The notes under the pieces: model-generated
Databases searched by the model: none
What the model saw: the letters and a program-made list of their open reading frames with translations, nothing else
What the model was told of the DNA's origin: nothing
Shown here: positions 16,182 through 27,437 of the stretch, piece by piece
Position numbering within the stretch: position 1 is the first letter of the stretch
Layout of the letters: each line of letters begins with the position of its first letter
Source of the DNA: the human T2T-CHM13v2.0 reference genome, Homo sapiens
Assembly (NCBI RefSeq): GCF_009914755.1
Contig: NC_060944.1
DNA: 64,000 bases
Reading direction: 5' to 3' (one strand)
Translations under genes and position numbers: made by a program

Positions 16182-17920
16182 GCTCCCCCATTTTTTTCGT
16201 TCAGGAAAGCAAAGTTCAGAGAGGAGTAGGTTTCTGTGCAGGGCGTGTGGCAGAGCTGGACTTGAACTCAGGGCGGAATCCTTAGCCATGGTGCCCCCTG
16301 CCACATGGTTCGGCTTTCCTTCATCTCTGCTCCCCAAGATGCCTGGCTCCAGCTGAAGATCCAGGGTTCCCAGGTTCCTCTTCTGGGGACAGGTCCTCCT
16401 TCAGCCTGACCTGAGCTCTGCCACTTCCACCGGCATGAACTGTAGCAACAATTTGGCTACCCGGGCCTCATTCTCTCCATCTGGAAAATGGGCACAGCAT
16501 GTGCCTTTCTGCACAGTGAGGTCATGAAGGATTGATGAGGCAACACGCAAGGAGCGTAAGCCTAGGGCCTGGCACCCAGGAGGCCACCCCAGTGGGCCCT
16601 GCTGGGTTTCCGATTTCCCCTGTGACACCTCCTGGGGGCCGGATCCCCAGCGGGAGGAGGGATGAGGCCTGGGGGGCCTGGCTCTGGCACAATGCAGAGC
16701 ATTGAGCTCATGCCAGCCTTGGCTTTGGGTTTGGACAAATACAGTAATCTGGGCAGGACTCACACAAAGACCTGGGGGCCAGGTCAGGCGAGGGGCGTCA
16801 GGTTACCCCTGTGGGCTGCAGCCACACAGGCGGCTTGGGGGGTGTATTTTTTTTCCCTAAAGATTATCATTAAATGAGCCCTCACCGAGGCCTCAGCAGG
16901 CAGGTTTCATTACAGGAAAAACTGAGGTATAGGGGTTTGCAGGCCTAACGGGACACGCTGTCACTGTGATAGGAACAGCATTAGCAATAATAACAGCTGT
17001 CCTTCCGGACTGGTTCCCAAGGGCTAGGCCCTAGGTGAATAATAAGCCTTTTCTCGATCCTTTCTGCAGCCCGAGAGGAAAGCCCCATGCTATCCCCATT
17101 TCATAGATGGGAAAACTGAGGCTTGAGGACACTTTGCGGCCTCCAAGGGCTGTTCTCTTCATTCCTCCAGCAGAGTGGATATGAGACGGTGCAGGGTCTG
17201 GAATGTCTGGGCAGAAGGAAGAGCTGGAGCAAAGGCCTGGAGGCTGGAGAGCGCTGTCGGGGGGCAAGTGGGGCAGTGTCCCACTGCGGGGTTTCATCTC
17301 AGCTCTGCCATGTCTTGGCTACGTGACCTCTGACACCCTACTGGGCCTCTTTGATCCCAGACTCACCTGTAGAATGGGTGTGTGAGAAGAAAACCTTCTG
17401 GAGCGGGGTGTTGAGGAGAGAACAGTGCCTGACACATCATAATAATAATGCTGAATAGATGTTATTTTCATTCCTAACCACTTCCTCCAGGAAGCCCATC
17501 CTGACCTCTAGCTCCCAAAGTCACCTGGACTTCCTCCATCACAGACCTTGCCACAGTGTGAGAAACTGCCTCATCCACACACCAGCTTCTCACCTCCACC
17601 CAGACCCTCTGATTGGGACTCCCCTGAAGACTGTGTCCCCAGAGCCCAGAAAGAGTCCAGCACAGAGCAGCTGAGGGGGCAGGTGCTGGTGAACAGTGTC
17701 AATGAGCCCCTGCTACTCACCAAGCCCTTCACACACGGGTCCTTCATTTAATGTCTTTCTTCTCCTAGATAGAACCTTGGCTTTGCCAAGACCGGTATAG
17801 TTGCTGCTCAAGAAATATGTGAGGAAATTGTTGAGATGAACCAGCACTCAGGGGAAGGGAGGCTTTCTGAGGCTGGGGCCTTAGCAGGTGGAGCTCCTGG
17901 GATAATAATAATAAGAAAGA

Positions 17921-18225
17921 TGCCTGGACGCGGTGACTCACACCTGGAATCCCAGCAATTTGGGAGGCTAAGGCAGGCAGATCACTTCAGGCCAGGAGTT
18001 CAAGACCAGCCTGGTCAACATGGTGAAACCTGGTCTCTACTAAAAATACAAAAAATTAGCTGGGCCTGGTGGTGTGAGCCTATAGTCCTAGCTTCTCGGG
18101 AGGCTGAGGCTGGAGGGTCAATGATTGAACCTGGGAGGTGGAGCTTGTAGTGAGCCGAGATCGCGCCACTGCCACTGCACTCCAGGCTGGGCAACACAGT
18201 GAGACTCTGCCTCCAAAAAGAAAGA
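17921..18225 (+). mobile_element. Alu (J/S)
   Basis: Full sense Alu ~1 kb upstream of the PELATON TSS. Confidence 0.9.
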
Positions 18226-19169
18226 CAACAATAATCATTAGTCTTTACTCTGCTCCAGGCACCAGGCTGAGTCTTCTCAGTTCATCTCCCCAGCAGATTA
18301 GTTCTATTATTGTTTCCATTTCACAGATGGGAAAATCAAGGCACAGGGAGGGGAGGTGGCTTACTCCAGGTCACACAGTTAGTGAGAGGCAGAGGCAGGA
18401 TCAAAGCCAAGCCTGTTTGACTGAGGAGCCCGCCCCGAGACCTTAACCACACAACCCCTCCCTAGAAGGAAGGTGCCACTACTGGACACATTTTGGAGAT
18501 GGAAACCAAGGCTAAGAGAGTCAGGATGGCCTGCCCATGTCTGGACACAGAAACTGAGGTTAAGCAGGAGATGCCCGAGGCGGGGTCCCTGTCTCCTAGG
18601 CCAGCACCCTGAAGAAGGGGTGGGAGACAACCCCCCACCCCCCAAGCTGTCCCCTGCTTGTTGGAGTTTCTGGTCAATACCCTGGCCTCTGTTACCCAGC
18701 CCAGCACCCAAGACGCTGCCTCTTCCGCCTGCCTGGAGTCTCGGGTGCCTTCACAATCGGATTCTCTGTCTCTGCAGCTGCTTTCCATTTGAGCCCTTTG
18801 TGCTGAAAATAAAAAAAATGAAAAGAAAACTTGGCACCACCCCTCTGCTTTGCTTCCTGGGGAGGAAGGAGGATCCCAGCTACTTCTTTCCCTCATTCTG
18901 GGGCCCAGAGATACCCACAGCCTGCCCGAGGTCACACAGCAGGGTTGGAGCCGGGACCCTGGCCTTAGACTCCCCTTCCAGTGCTCTACCCACTCTGGCC
19001 ACTGCCTCTGATGTTCCTGGCTCTTCCTCTAGGCCCGTGAGGAGCAGAGAAATTAGGATGAATGTTCCCGAGCCCTACCACATGCTGGGCACTCTGCCAT
19101 CCTGGGCTCACGAAACCCTCATGACAGCCCTGTGAGGTCCCGTCATCCCATTTAACCAACAAGGAAGCT

Positions 19170-19365
19170 GAGGCTCAGAGAGGGGAAGCGCCCAAGGTCA
19201 CACAGCTGGGATGTGGCAGAGCTGGGGTTCCAGCTCCTGTTCCCATTGCTGGACAGCTGCCACATCTGGCACCCAATTTAGGACCCCGCGGGGAGGCCCA
19301 AGCCCCGGGGGTGGCGGGGGATCCTAGAGGAAAGTGGCAAGGCCAGGACCCTGGAGCAGAGCCAG
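19170..19365 (+). ncRNA. PELATON: PELATON exon 1 (5' part in an antisense MIR)
   Basis: Donor CAG|GTAGGA; MIR antisense core 'gctgaggctcagagagggg...cccaaggtcacacagct'; GC-rich region with SP-like GGGCGG just downstream. Confidence 0.7.
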
Positions 19366-20422
19366 GTAGGAACAATGGGTTCTCAGAGACCAAGGTGGCA
19401 GGGCGGGGCGGCTGCTGAGCAGGGGCGGCAGGGCGAGGTGGCGGGCGGGGCCCAGGAGACTTCATGCTCCCGCCTCCTACTCCAGCTCCCTGTTTGGGAT
19501 CTGGGGACGCTCCAAGCACCTCAGCTTCTCAACCTGGACAGACCCACGGCTCCAGCAGGAGGCAGGGCCAGCCCTGTGTATAACCATAAATATAATGGGC
19601 AATAATCAGATTTCACGCTTACCGAGCCCTACTACAGGCCAGACACTGGGTCAAGGGTCCTTCCTGGGTCATCACAATCAGCCTAGGAGGTGCAATTAGG
19701 ATTAGTGGCTTTTTACAGATGCGGAAACAGAGGTCCAGGGAGCTACTCAGCACCTGCTGTGCCAGGACAAAGAACTTTGGGAAGTGGGGCCCTCAGAGGG
19801 TGGGTACCCTGTTCCCAGAGGCAGGAAAGTTGAGGTGGACTGGACTCAGTGGGGCTCAGTGGGACACCGTGGGGAGTCAGTGCTCTCTGGGGGCGAGATG
19901 AATTAGAGGGAGCCCTTTTGGTTTTTTAGAATCTGAACATGGGGCGGGGGAAGCAGAGATGTGGGGAGCAGATGAAGCCTCCCTGGCACTGCTGGGAGGA
20001 TTAAAGGACTTGATGGACACCCAGGGCTTGGAAATGTACCTGGTAGAGAGTAGGTGCTCAGGGAACAACTCCTGTTTGCAGAAACAGCAACTCACACTTA
20101 GGGAGCCTGCTGTGCATCTGAACCCCGTGCTTGGGTGTTTCTGACCCCCTTCCAGCTCTCATCCCTCCTCTCTCCATTTTCTCCCCTGTCTCAGGTTCAT
20201 TCCTATGTTTCCTCTTGCCCCAATTAGGCCATCTTCTATGACTGCAACAGTAAAAATATTAATTAAATCTTATAACATGAAGTCTAACGTGGGGCCATTC
20301 CAGTGTTCCAGGGCAGGCTCCCTGCGCTCTAGGTAGGCATCTCTTCACTTCTCTTTCTTCATGGGCCCCAGTGCCTGCTGTGGCTCAAGACATCACGTCC
20401 CACATGATCACATCCTAACTAG

Positions 20423-20772
<350 letters not shown>

Positions 20773-23700
20773 AACAATTTTTCTTACATGTCCCAGTGGA
20801 TGTCCCCTGGTGTCTCATGGAATGATGGGCTCACATGTCCACATTTGAACCAGAAAGGAATTCCCGTGGCTGACTCAGGCCAATTAGGGTTCAGCCTGTC
20901 TGGCTGCTCCAAAGAGATGTGGGCTCCGAAGGTGATGGGGGCACGGCTGGGCTGGCCACCAGCTGGAGTCTCACTGACGGCCTAAGTGGCACAGTGGGCC
21001 TGGGTTTGCTCGGCCTTCTCTGGCTGGTCCTCTTGGCAGCGTCTGCCCCCTGGGTAACTGCCCCCTCCTTGAGCACAGTCTTCCCCAGCCTCTTGATGGC
21101 GGCTTGCTGGTCTCGCTGGTTCTCCTCTTACTTCCCTGCCCGTTCCTCCTTGGGCCTTGAAAACGACCCCTCTCCTGCCTTCATCTGACCCTTGCCCCGT
21201 GAGCTCAGCTGTGCGGGGTCCCTCGTGCCTTTATGCGGGCTCTGTCAGTCTGTCCATGGGTGTCCCAGGGGCGCACCCCACTGGGAGACATGGATGTCTT
21301 TCCCAGCTGAGAAGACAGCACTGCCACCCACCCAGTGGGCCAGGCCTCAGACCCCAGAGTTGTCCTTAACTCCTCTCTCTCTAACCCCAACATTCAATCC
21401 TCAGCAAATTCCATCGGCTCTGCCTGTGGACTGAATCCAGAACTCGACAAGTCTTCCCTCCTCTGTCTGGTCATTGCTCGCCTGCCTGGGCAGAATCTCC
21501 GCCCTGGACTCCCCACCCACCCCACACAGCCCTCCACACTCAGCCAGAGGGCTCCTGTTGGAACCCAAGTCAGGTCACACCATTGCCTCACTCCAAACCC
21601 TACTCCTACCTCCCTCAGAGAGAAAGACAGTCCCTGCTCTGGTCCCAAGGACAGCCCTGCATGGCCTTCCCCCTCCCCACCTCCCCTCCCCTCTTCCCTG
21701 CCCGCAGTGACCTCCCTCCTCCTGCTAGAACACATAGAGCTTTGCCCCACCTCTCCTGGGTGCTCTTTTTCTGGATCTTTCCATGATCAGCCCCATCCCC
21801 TCACTCGGGCCTGTGCACCTCAGAGAGGCCTCCCAGACCATCCCTGAAAGTAGCCCTGCCCACCCCTACCACACCTGCCAAAGGTCAGCTTCGGCAAGTG
21901 GGGACTGTGTCTTATTCAGCATGGGGCCAGCACAGGGCAGTGCGCAGAACGCAGCAGCTGGCGCCGGGCTCCGTGGGTCCTCCCACAGATGCAGTCCATA
22001 GGGATGGTGTCTGGGTCCCAAGGTGACCCCTGGGCTGAGGTCACCACCTTTCCTCTTCCAGGATCACTGCCTGGATGACGGTGGGTGTCCCAGTGGTGGG
22101 GAGAGCAGCTCCGAGCCTCCATCATGCCCAGAGCAATGGGCACTGGAGCCTGGAACCTTCTTTCCGTATCACAGAACCTCCAGGAGTCTGGAAGGAGACA
22201 GTTGCAAGGAATGGAATTTAGGAACTTTTGGTCCATGCTCGGTGTTCCCTTTGGGGGTATCTTGTCCGATGGTTATTGTTTTTGTTTCCCCTTTTCCTGA
22301 GCTGTGGTGCCTATTGTTCAAACAGAGGACCCCAAGCGATGGCCTGCCTCACTCAGGCGCAAGCACCCGAGCTGTCTGGCAAGGTGGCAATCCACCACGG
22401 CCAACTTCCCCTTGGGGATTCCGCAGGAAGGACGTGGCCCCTCCAACCGAGGCGGATGTACGGTCTCTCCATAGATTCCGCCTGCGTAATCCCATGGCCG
22501 CTTCAGCTGGGTCTCATGGGGCCACCCTGTGGCCTGCGTTCAAGGACCACATCGTAGCAACAGGTCTGCGTTAAAGCTGGAATCGCACCCAGCAGACTCG
22601 GCCTGGGGGGATCCACCAGCCCACATCTCGCTCTCCCGATACAGCCACCTGGCAATTGGCTCTTCTCTCTCCAAGGCTGTATTTGTTCTTTTTGCTGAGT
22701 GTGTGCAGGTGAATTCTCGTTAGTTAAAGCGCCTGCGCGGTGGCCGCCCTGAATACAAAAAAGATCAAGGGGATGCTGTCCTGGTAGGTATAAGGAGTGG
22801 GGGCCCCCCACCTTTACCACTTCTCCAGGTGACCCGAGGGTCTGTCCTTAGAATACCACCAGGCTCAGTGGAACCCAGTTTGAAAGCCCACGATCGAGGT
22901 CTGTCCCTTTGGTCTCCATCTGGGAAAGTGAGGCGAGAGATGAGGGAGGGGGCATTTTGAGGACCAGAAATGTCGTGGCAGAAACAGCCAGCCTGGAGAA
23001 GGGAGTCTGGGCAGGGCAGGACCCAAAGGCTCGAGCAGGATGTGTCTGGTGAGGTTGTCTGGGGGAAGTGACTTGCCTGTCCCCTTCGTTCATTCTTCAA
23101 CATTCATTCATTCATTCATTCATTCAACACACAATGAAGCACCCACTGAGCTGGGGGTGACAATGATCCCTGCCTACAAGAAGCTCCCAGGCCGGTGGGG
23201 GACATGAACACCCTTCAAAATGTCAATTTGTGGCTGTGACAAGTACAAGGTGATCTGAGGGTCAGTAAAGGGGGAAGGAGGTTGATGTGGTTAGGGTGTT
23301 CGGGAAAGCTTCCTAGAAGCTGAGCTGGGAACTGAAGGGTGAGTAGAGGCCAGGCAGATGAGAAAGGGAGGAACGAATATTCCAGCAAGTGGACACAGCA
23401 CATGCAAGGGCCCTGCTGTGAAATGGAGCAGAGTAGGAGAGGCTAATAGGCTCGCAGCTCCACGTGGCGGACAGTTCGCAGTGAGGGGCAGATGTGGAGA
23501 GGAAGGTGAGGTGGGGGCTGGACAGGCTCCCAGTGAAAGCAGCCCAGTCTCTATGCCAAAGGCAGAGGGGTTCTTGGGAGGATCTGAGCCAGCAGCACCA
23601 GCTTCTTCCTGAATACTCCAGGGCTTGGGGCCAGGGGTGGTCATCTGGACTCGATCCTCAGTGGGATAGGAGACAGGGTCACCTGGCACTTCCGCCCACC

Positions 23701-26167
23701 TCTGCCTTCCTGGTCTGGGTATAACAATCACTGTCTCTTCGTCTTTCATGATTTATCTCACTGAACCCCCACCCACAGACCAACACCTGCAGGTGCCAGG
23801 GGTTGAACCCACTTGTCAGATGGGGAAACTGAGTCTGTGAGATGTTCTCATGGCCCCACCCACTTCCTTCTGCTCAGAGAAAAGAGGAACGGGGAACTGA
23901 TGCCCCTGGTCAGCTGGGAAGAGTCTGGGCAGGGAATGGGGAGGGTGGGGCCCTCGGGGGCCTGCATTCGGGATGGGCAGGGGCCCTGCTTCCGTTTAAC
24001 CACAGCCCTGTGACATGCCCCAAAAGGGAAGCAGCAGCCGCCTGTCCTCACCCCTCCGTGCCCTAGGGAGGGGGCTGGGGATGCCCAGGGGTGGGGAGCA
24101 GGAGTCTGGGGAGGCCTCACCCTCCCACCCCAGGCCTCGAGTCTGGGTTCTTACAGAACTCTGGGGTCAGCTGAACCCAGCTGGTGACCTCCATCAAGTC
24201 CCAAGAAGACCTTGGCTTCCTATTCTGTAAATGGAGGATCAGTCTCTCTGGAATGTTCTCAGATTAGCACACAGTGGGTCCTCACTGAATGGCTAGCCAG
24301 CAGTTGTTGGTTGAATAAGCTAAAAGTGTTTTTCTCCCTGAAAGGAGTAGCCAATTAGATAAGGAACCCATGTATATGACATTCCACAAATATTTATTGA
24401 GCACCTATTAGATTTCAGGCATTGTCCTGGTACTGTGGAGCAATGAACAAACAAGACAAAAATGCCCCCGTCACCTTTGGAGCCCACATCTCTTTGGAGC
24501 TGCCCTGCCTTTCCTGGTTTGTGGCAGACATCACTAATTGATCATCTTTCCTGCTGCAACCAGAATTCTCTCCAACACCGTGCACCACTCAGAGACTGAC
24601 ATATGGTGGGGAACAGCCTGTCATCCCCAGGGAGGGATGGCACGTGGGGACTTGGAAGGTCTCAGTGAGAATCTTCTAGCTGATTTAAGCAGCTTCCTCT
24701 CAGTCTCTTTCAACAAATATTTATTGAGCACCTACTTTGTGTCCAGTACTGTGCCAGGCATTGGGGATACAGCAGTGACCAGGGTGGACATTACCCTTAC
24801 CCTCGTGGAGCTGATGTTCTGGTGAGAAAGACAAGTAAACAAATAAGCAGACACTTCCAGACACAGATACTACAAACACATGCCAGAGGCATATGGTGGA
24901 GGGTGACAGGGAAGGAGTCTGGGGTAGGTTGGGGTTGGGGGTTCTGGAGGGAGGGTATTTATTGAGACCTCACTGAGATGCAGCCACCAAAGGAAAATAT
25001 GGGGGAAGGTGTCACAGGCAGCACAGCAAAGGCATAGGCCCGGAGTGGGGAATGAGGTTGATAGATTTAAGGGACAGGAAGGAAATAGTGTTGCTGGCGG
25101 GGCATGAATGTAGGGGAGAGAAGCAGGAGAGGGTGGTGGAGACCAGGCTGGGGCCATACATCCAGGGCTCGGGGCCAGGGGTGGGCTCTGAATCACATCT
25201 CCAATGGGATGGGCAGTCACTGGAGGGTCAAAGCAGGGAAGAGACTTGGGCGGGATCCCATTTCAGATCCCTCTGGCTGTGTGAAGCAGGGACACCCAGC
25301 CGGAGATGGCCGCAGATGTCCAGGCGAGCGAGGATGGCAACTTGGACGGGGGCGATGCCAGTGAATGTGGGGAGAGATGGCCAGGCCTGGCGGGAGGCCC
25401 AGGGCTCTGCATTCAGTTTCATTTTTCCTTTTACACAATCCCCCCCGGCCCCGGGCACTCTGGGTCACTGGACTTTCCCTGGCACTGCCGGTGGGGCCCA
25501 CAACCTGCTGGCAATCTGGCCTCTCCGAGTCCCAGCTGGTTCCCTGCCCTGTCCTGGACCCTTCCTCTCCAGGAACAGGCCCAGCTCCAGTTCCTCTGTC
25601 ACTGTTTCCCACCACCTCCTGCCCCAGGTCTGCCTGGGCCCTGCTGATCTCCTAATTCTGCCTCTGCTCCAGCACCCCCTGCTCCAGCCCTGCTGGCTGC
25701 CTGGGAGCCGGCAGATGCTTCCTCTGAGCTGCCTTTTCCAGATCAAGTTTGCATCCAAGGAAGCGAGCCTGAGACTCCCAGCCAGCTGGGGGAGACAAGT
25801 TCGAGGGAAGTACCCCAAGGTAGCTTGCCAGAGGGCAGCCTCGCTCTTGGGCAGATTTTTCCTCTGGTCCAGTTTGTTGTTGGATGGAGCAGGCAGATCT
25901 ACCTTCCCCACTGACTCAGGCCTTGGGTGCTCGGATGGAGACTGTGGCCGAAGAGCTGTGTTGAGCAGGGCTCTGAGGCTGCATCTATGATACTAGGAAG
26001 GAGACTCATTATTGATTAGTGATGCCTGCTGTGGACCCAGGATGGAGGATAGGGGCCACGCTGGCCTCATAGGTGTGTCTGCGGCACCCAGTAGGTCCTC
26101 AGGTCTGCACTCCCCTGTTGTACCTCTAAATCTTCAAGTATAACAAATGCTGTTTGAAAATACCTTA

Positions 26168-26578
<411 letters not shown>

Positions 26579-27347
26579 TCATGCAGCTGGTACATGGCCG
26601 AGCTGGTGGGGTTTGAACCCTGGGTGCCTGAGTCAGGGAGAACAGGCGGAACAGTTGGGCCAGGGAGGGGAAGGTGCTGCCCAGAGCTCCCAGTGACCTT
26701 GGACCCCACTTCTCCTTTCTGCCCAGTGTGCTCGGCACACAGGAAGCCTGGCGGGGCCTCCCTTGCCCATCCTGTCTGCAGCCGGGTGGACACGGGGTCC
26801 CGGCGTCACCCACCGCCACCCAGGCCTCCTCCTTCCTGTGTTGTGCAAGACGAGGCGTCCCCTGTGTGGAATGGGCAGGCAGCTCTGGCGATGGGTGGAC
26901 GGGTGAATGGGGGCCTCTCAGGCGGGGTCACTGCCCGCGGTTACCTCTAGCAGGCCTGGCCTAAGCCTCCGCCCCTTCCTCCTCCTTCTCCTCCTCCTCT
27001 GTTTCCCCAAAGTTCAGGCAGCCTTAAGCAAGAGGCTGTGGGACCCAGGAAACTGGGGAGGTTGTCCAGCCACCATCTTGTCCCCACAGAGCAGACCTAG
27101 GCTTGCGCAGTCTTGGAGAGGTCCTAAACAACAACAACAACAAAACTATAATAATAATGATAATAGCTGTTATAGTGGAGTGGCTTCTATGCACCAGGCA
27201 TGCTCTCATTTAACCACAAATACATAAAACGCACCTCCTATGTGCCACGTGTGATTCTCAGACCTTTACCTCATGTCCCATCGAATCCCCGGCAACCCTT
27301 GTGAAACAGTTTTTTTTTTGTTTTTTTTTAATGATTCCTTTCTTCAG

Positions 27348-27437
27348 AGTAGAAAACTGAGGCTCTGAGAGATGAAGCTACTTGCCAAGGTCACGCAGCA
27401 CAGTCACATCCTACTGAACATCATCCTGTTCTCTGGG
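27348..27437 (+). ncRNA. PELATON: PELATON exon 2 (90 nt, antisense-MIR derived)
   Basis: Poly-T tract and ttccttTCTTCAG acceptor; GGG|GTGAGT donor; 'aaactgaggctctgagagatgaagctacttgccaaggtcacgcagc' matches MIR antisense. Confidence 0.75.

Noticed and set aside
25052-25990. 312-aa ORF in PELATON intron 1
   Set aside because: Starts in an antisense L2 fragment; GC-rich composition, no domain, no supporting exon structure; consistent with chance
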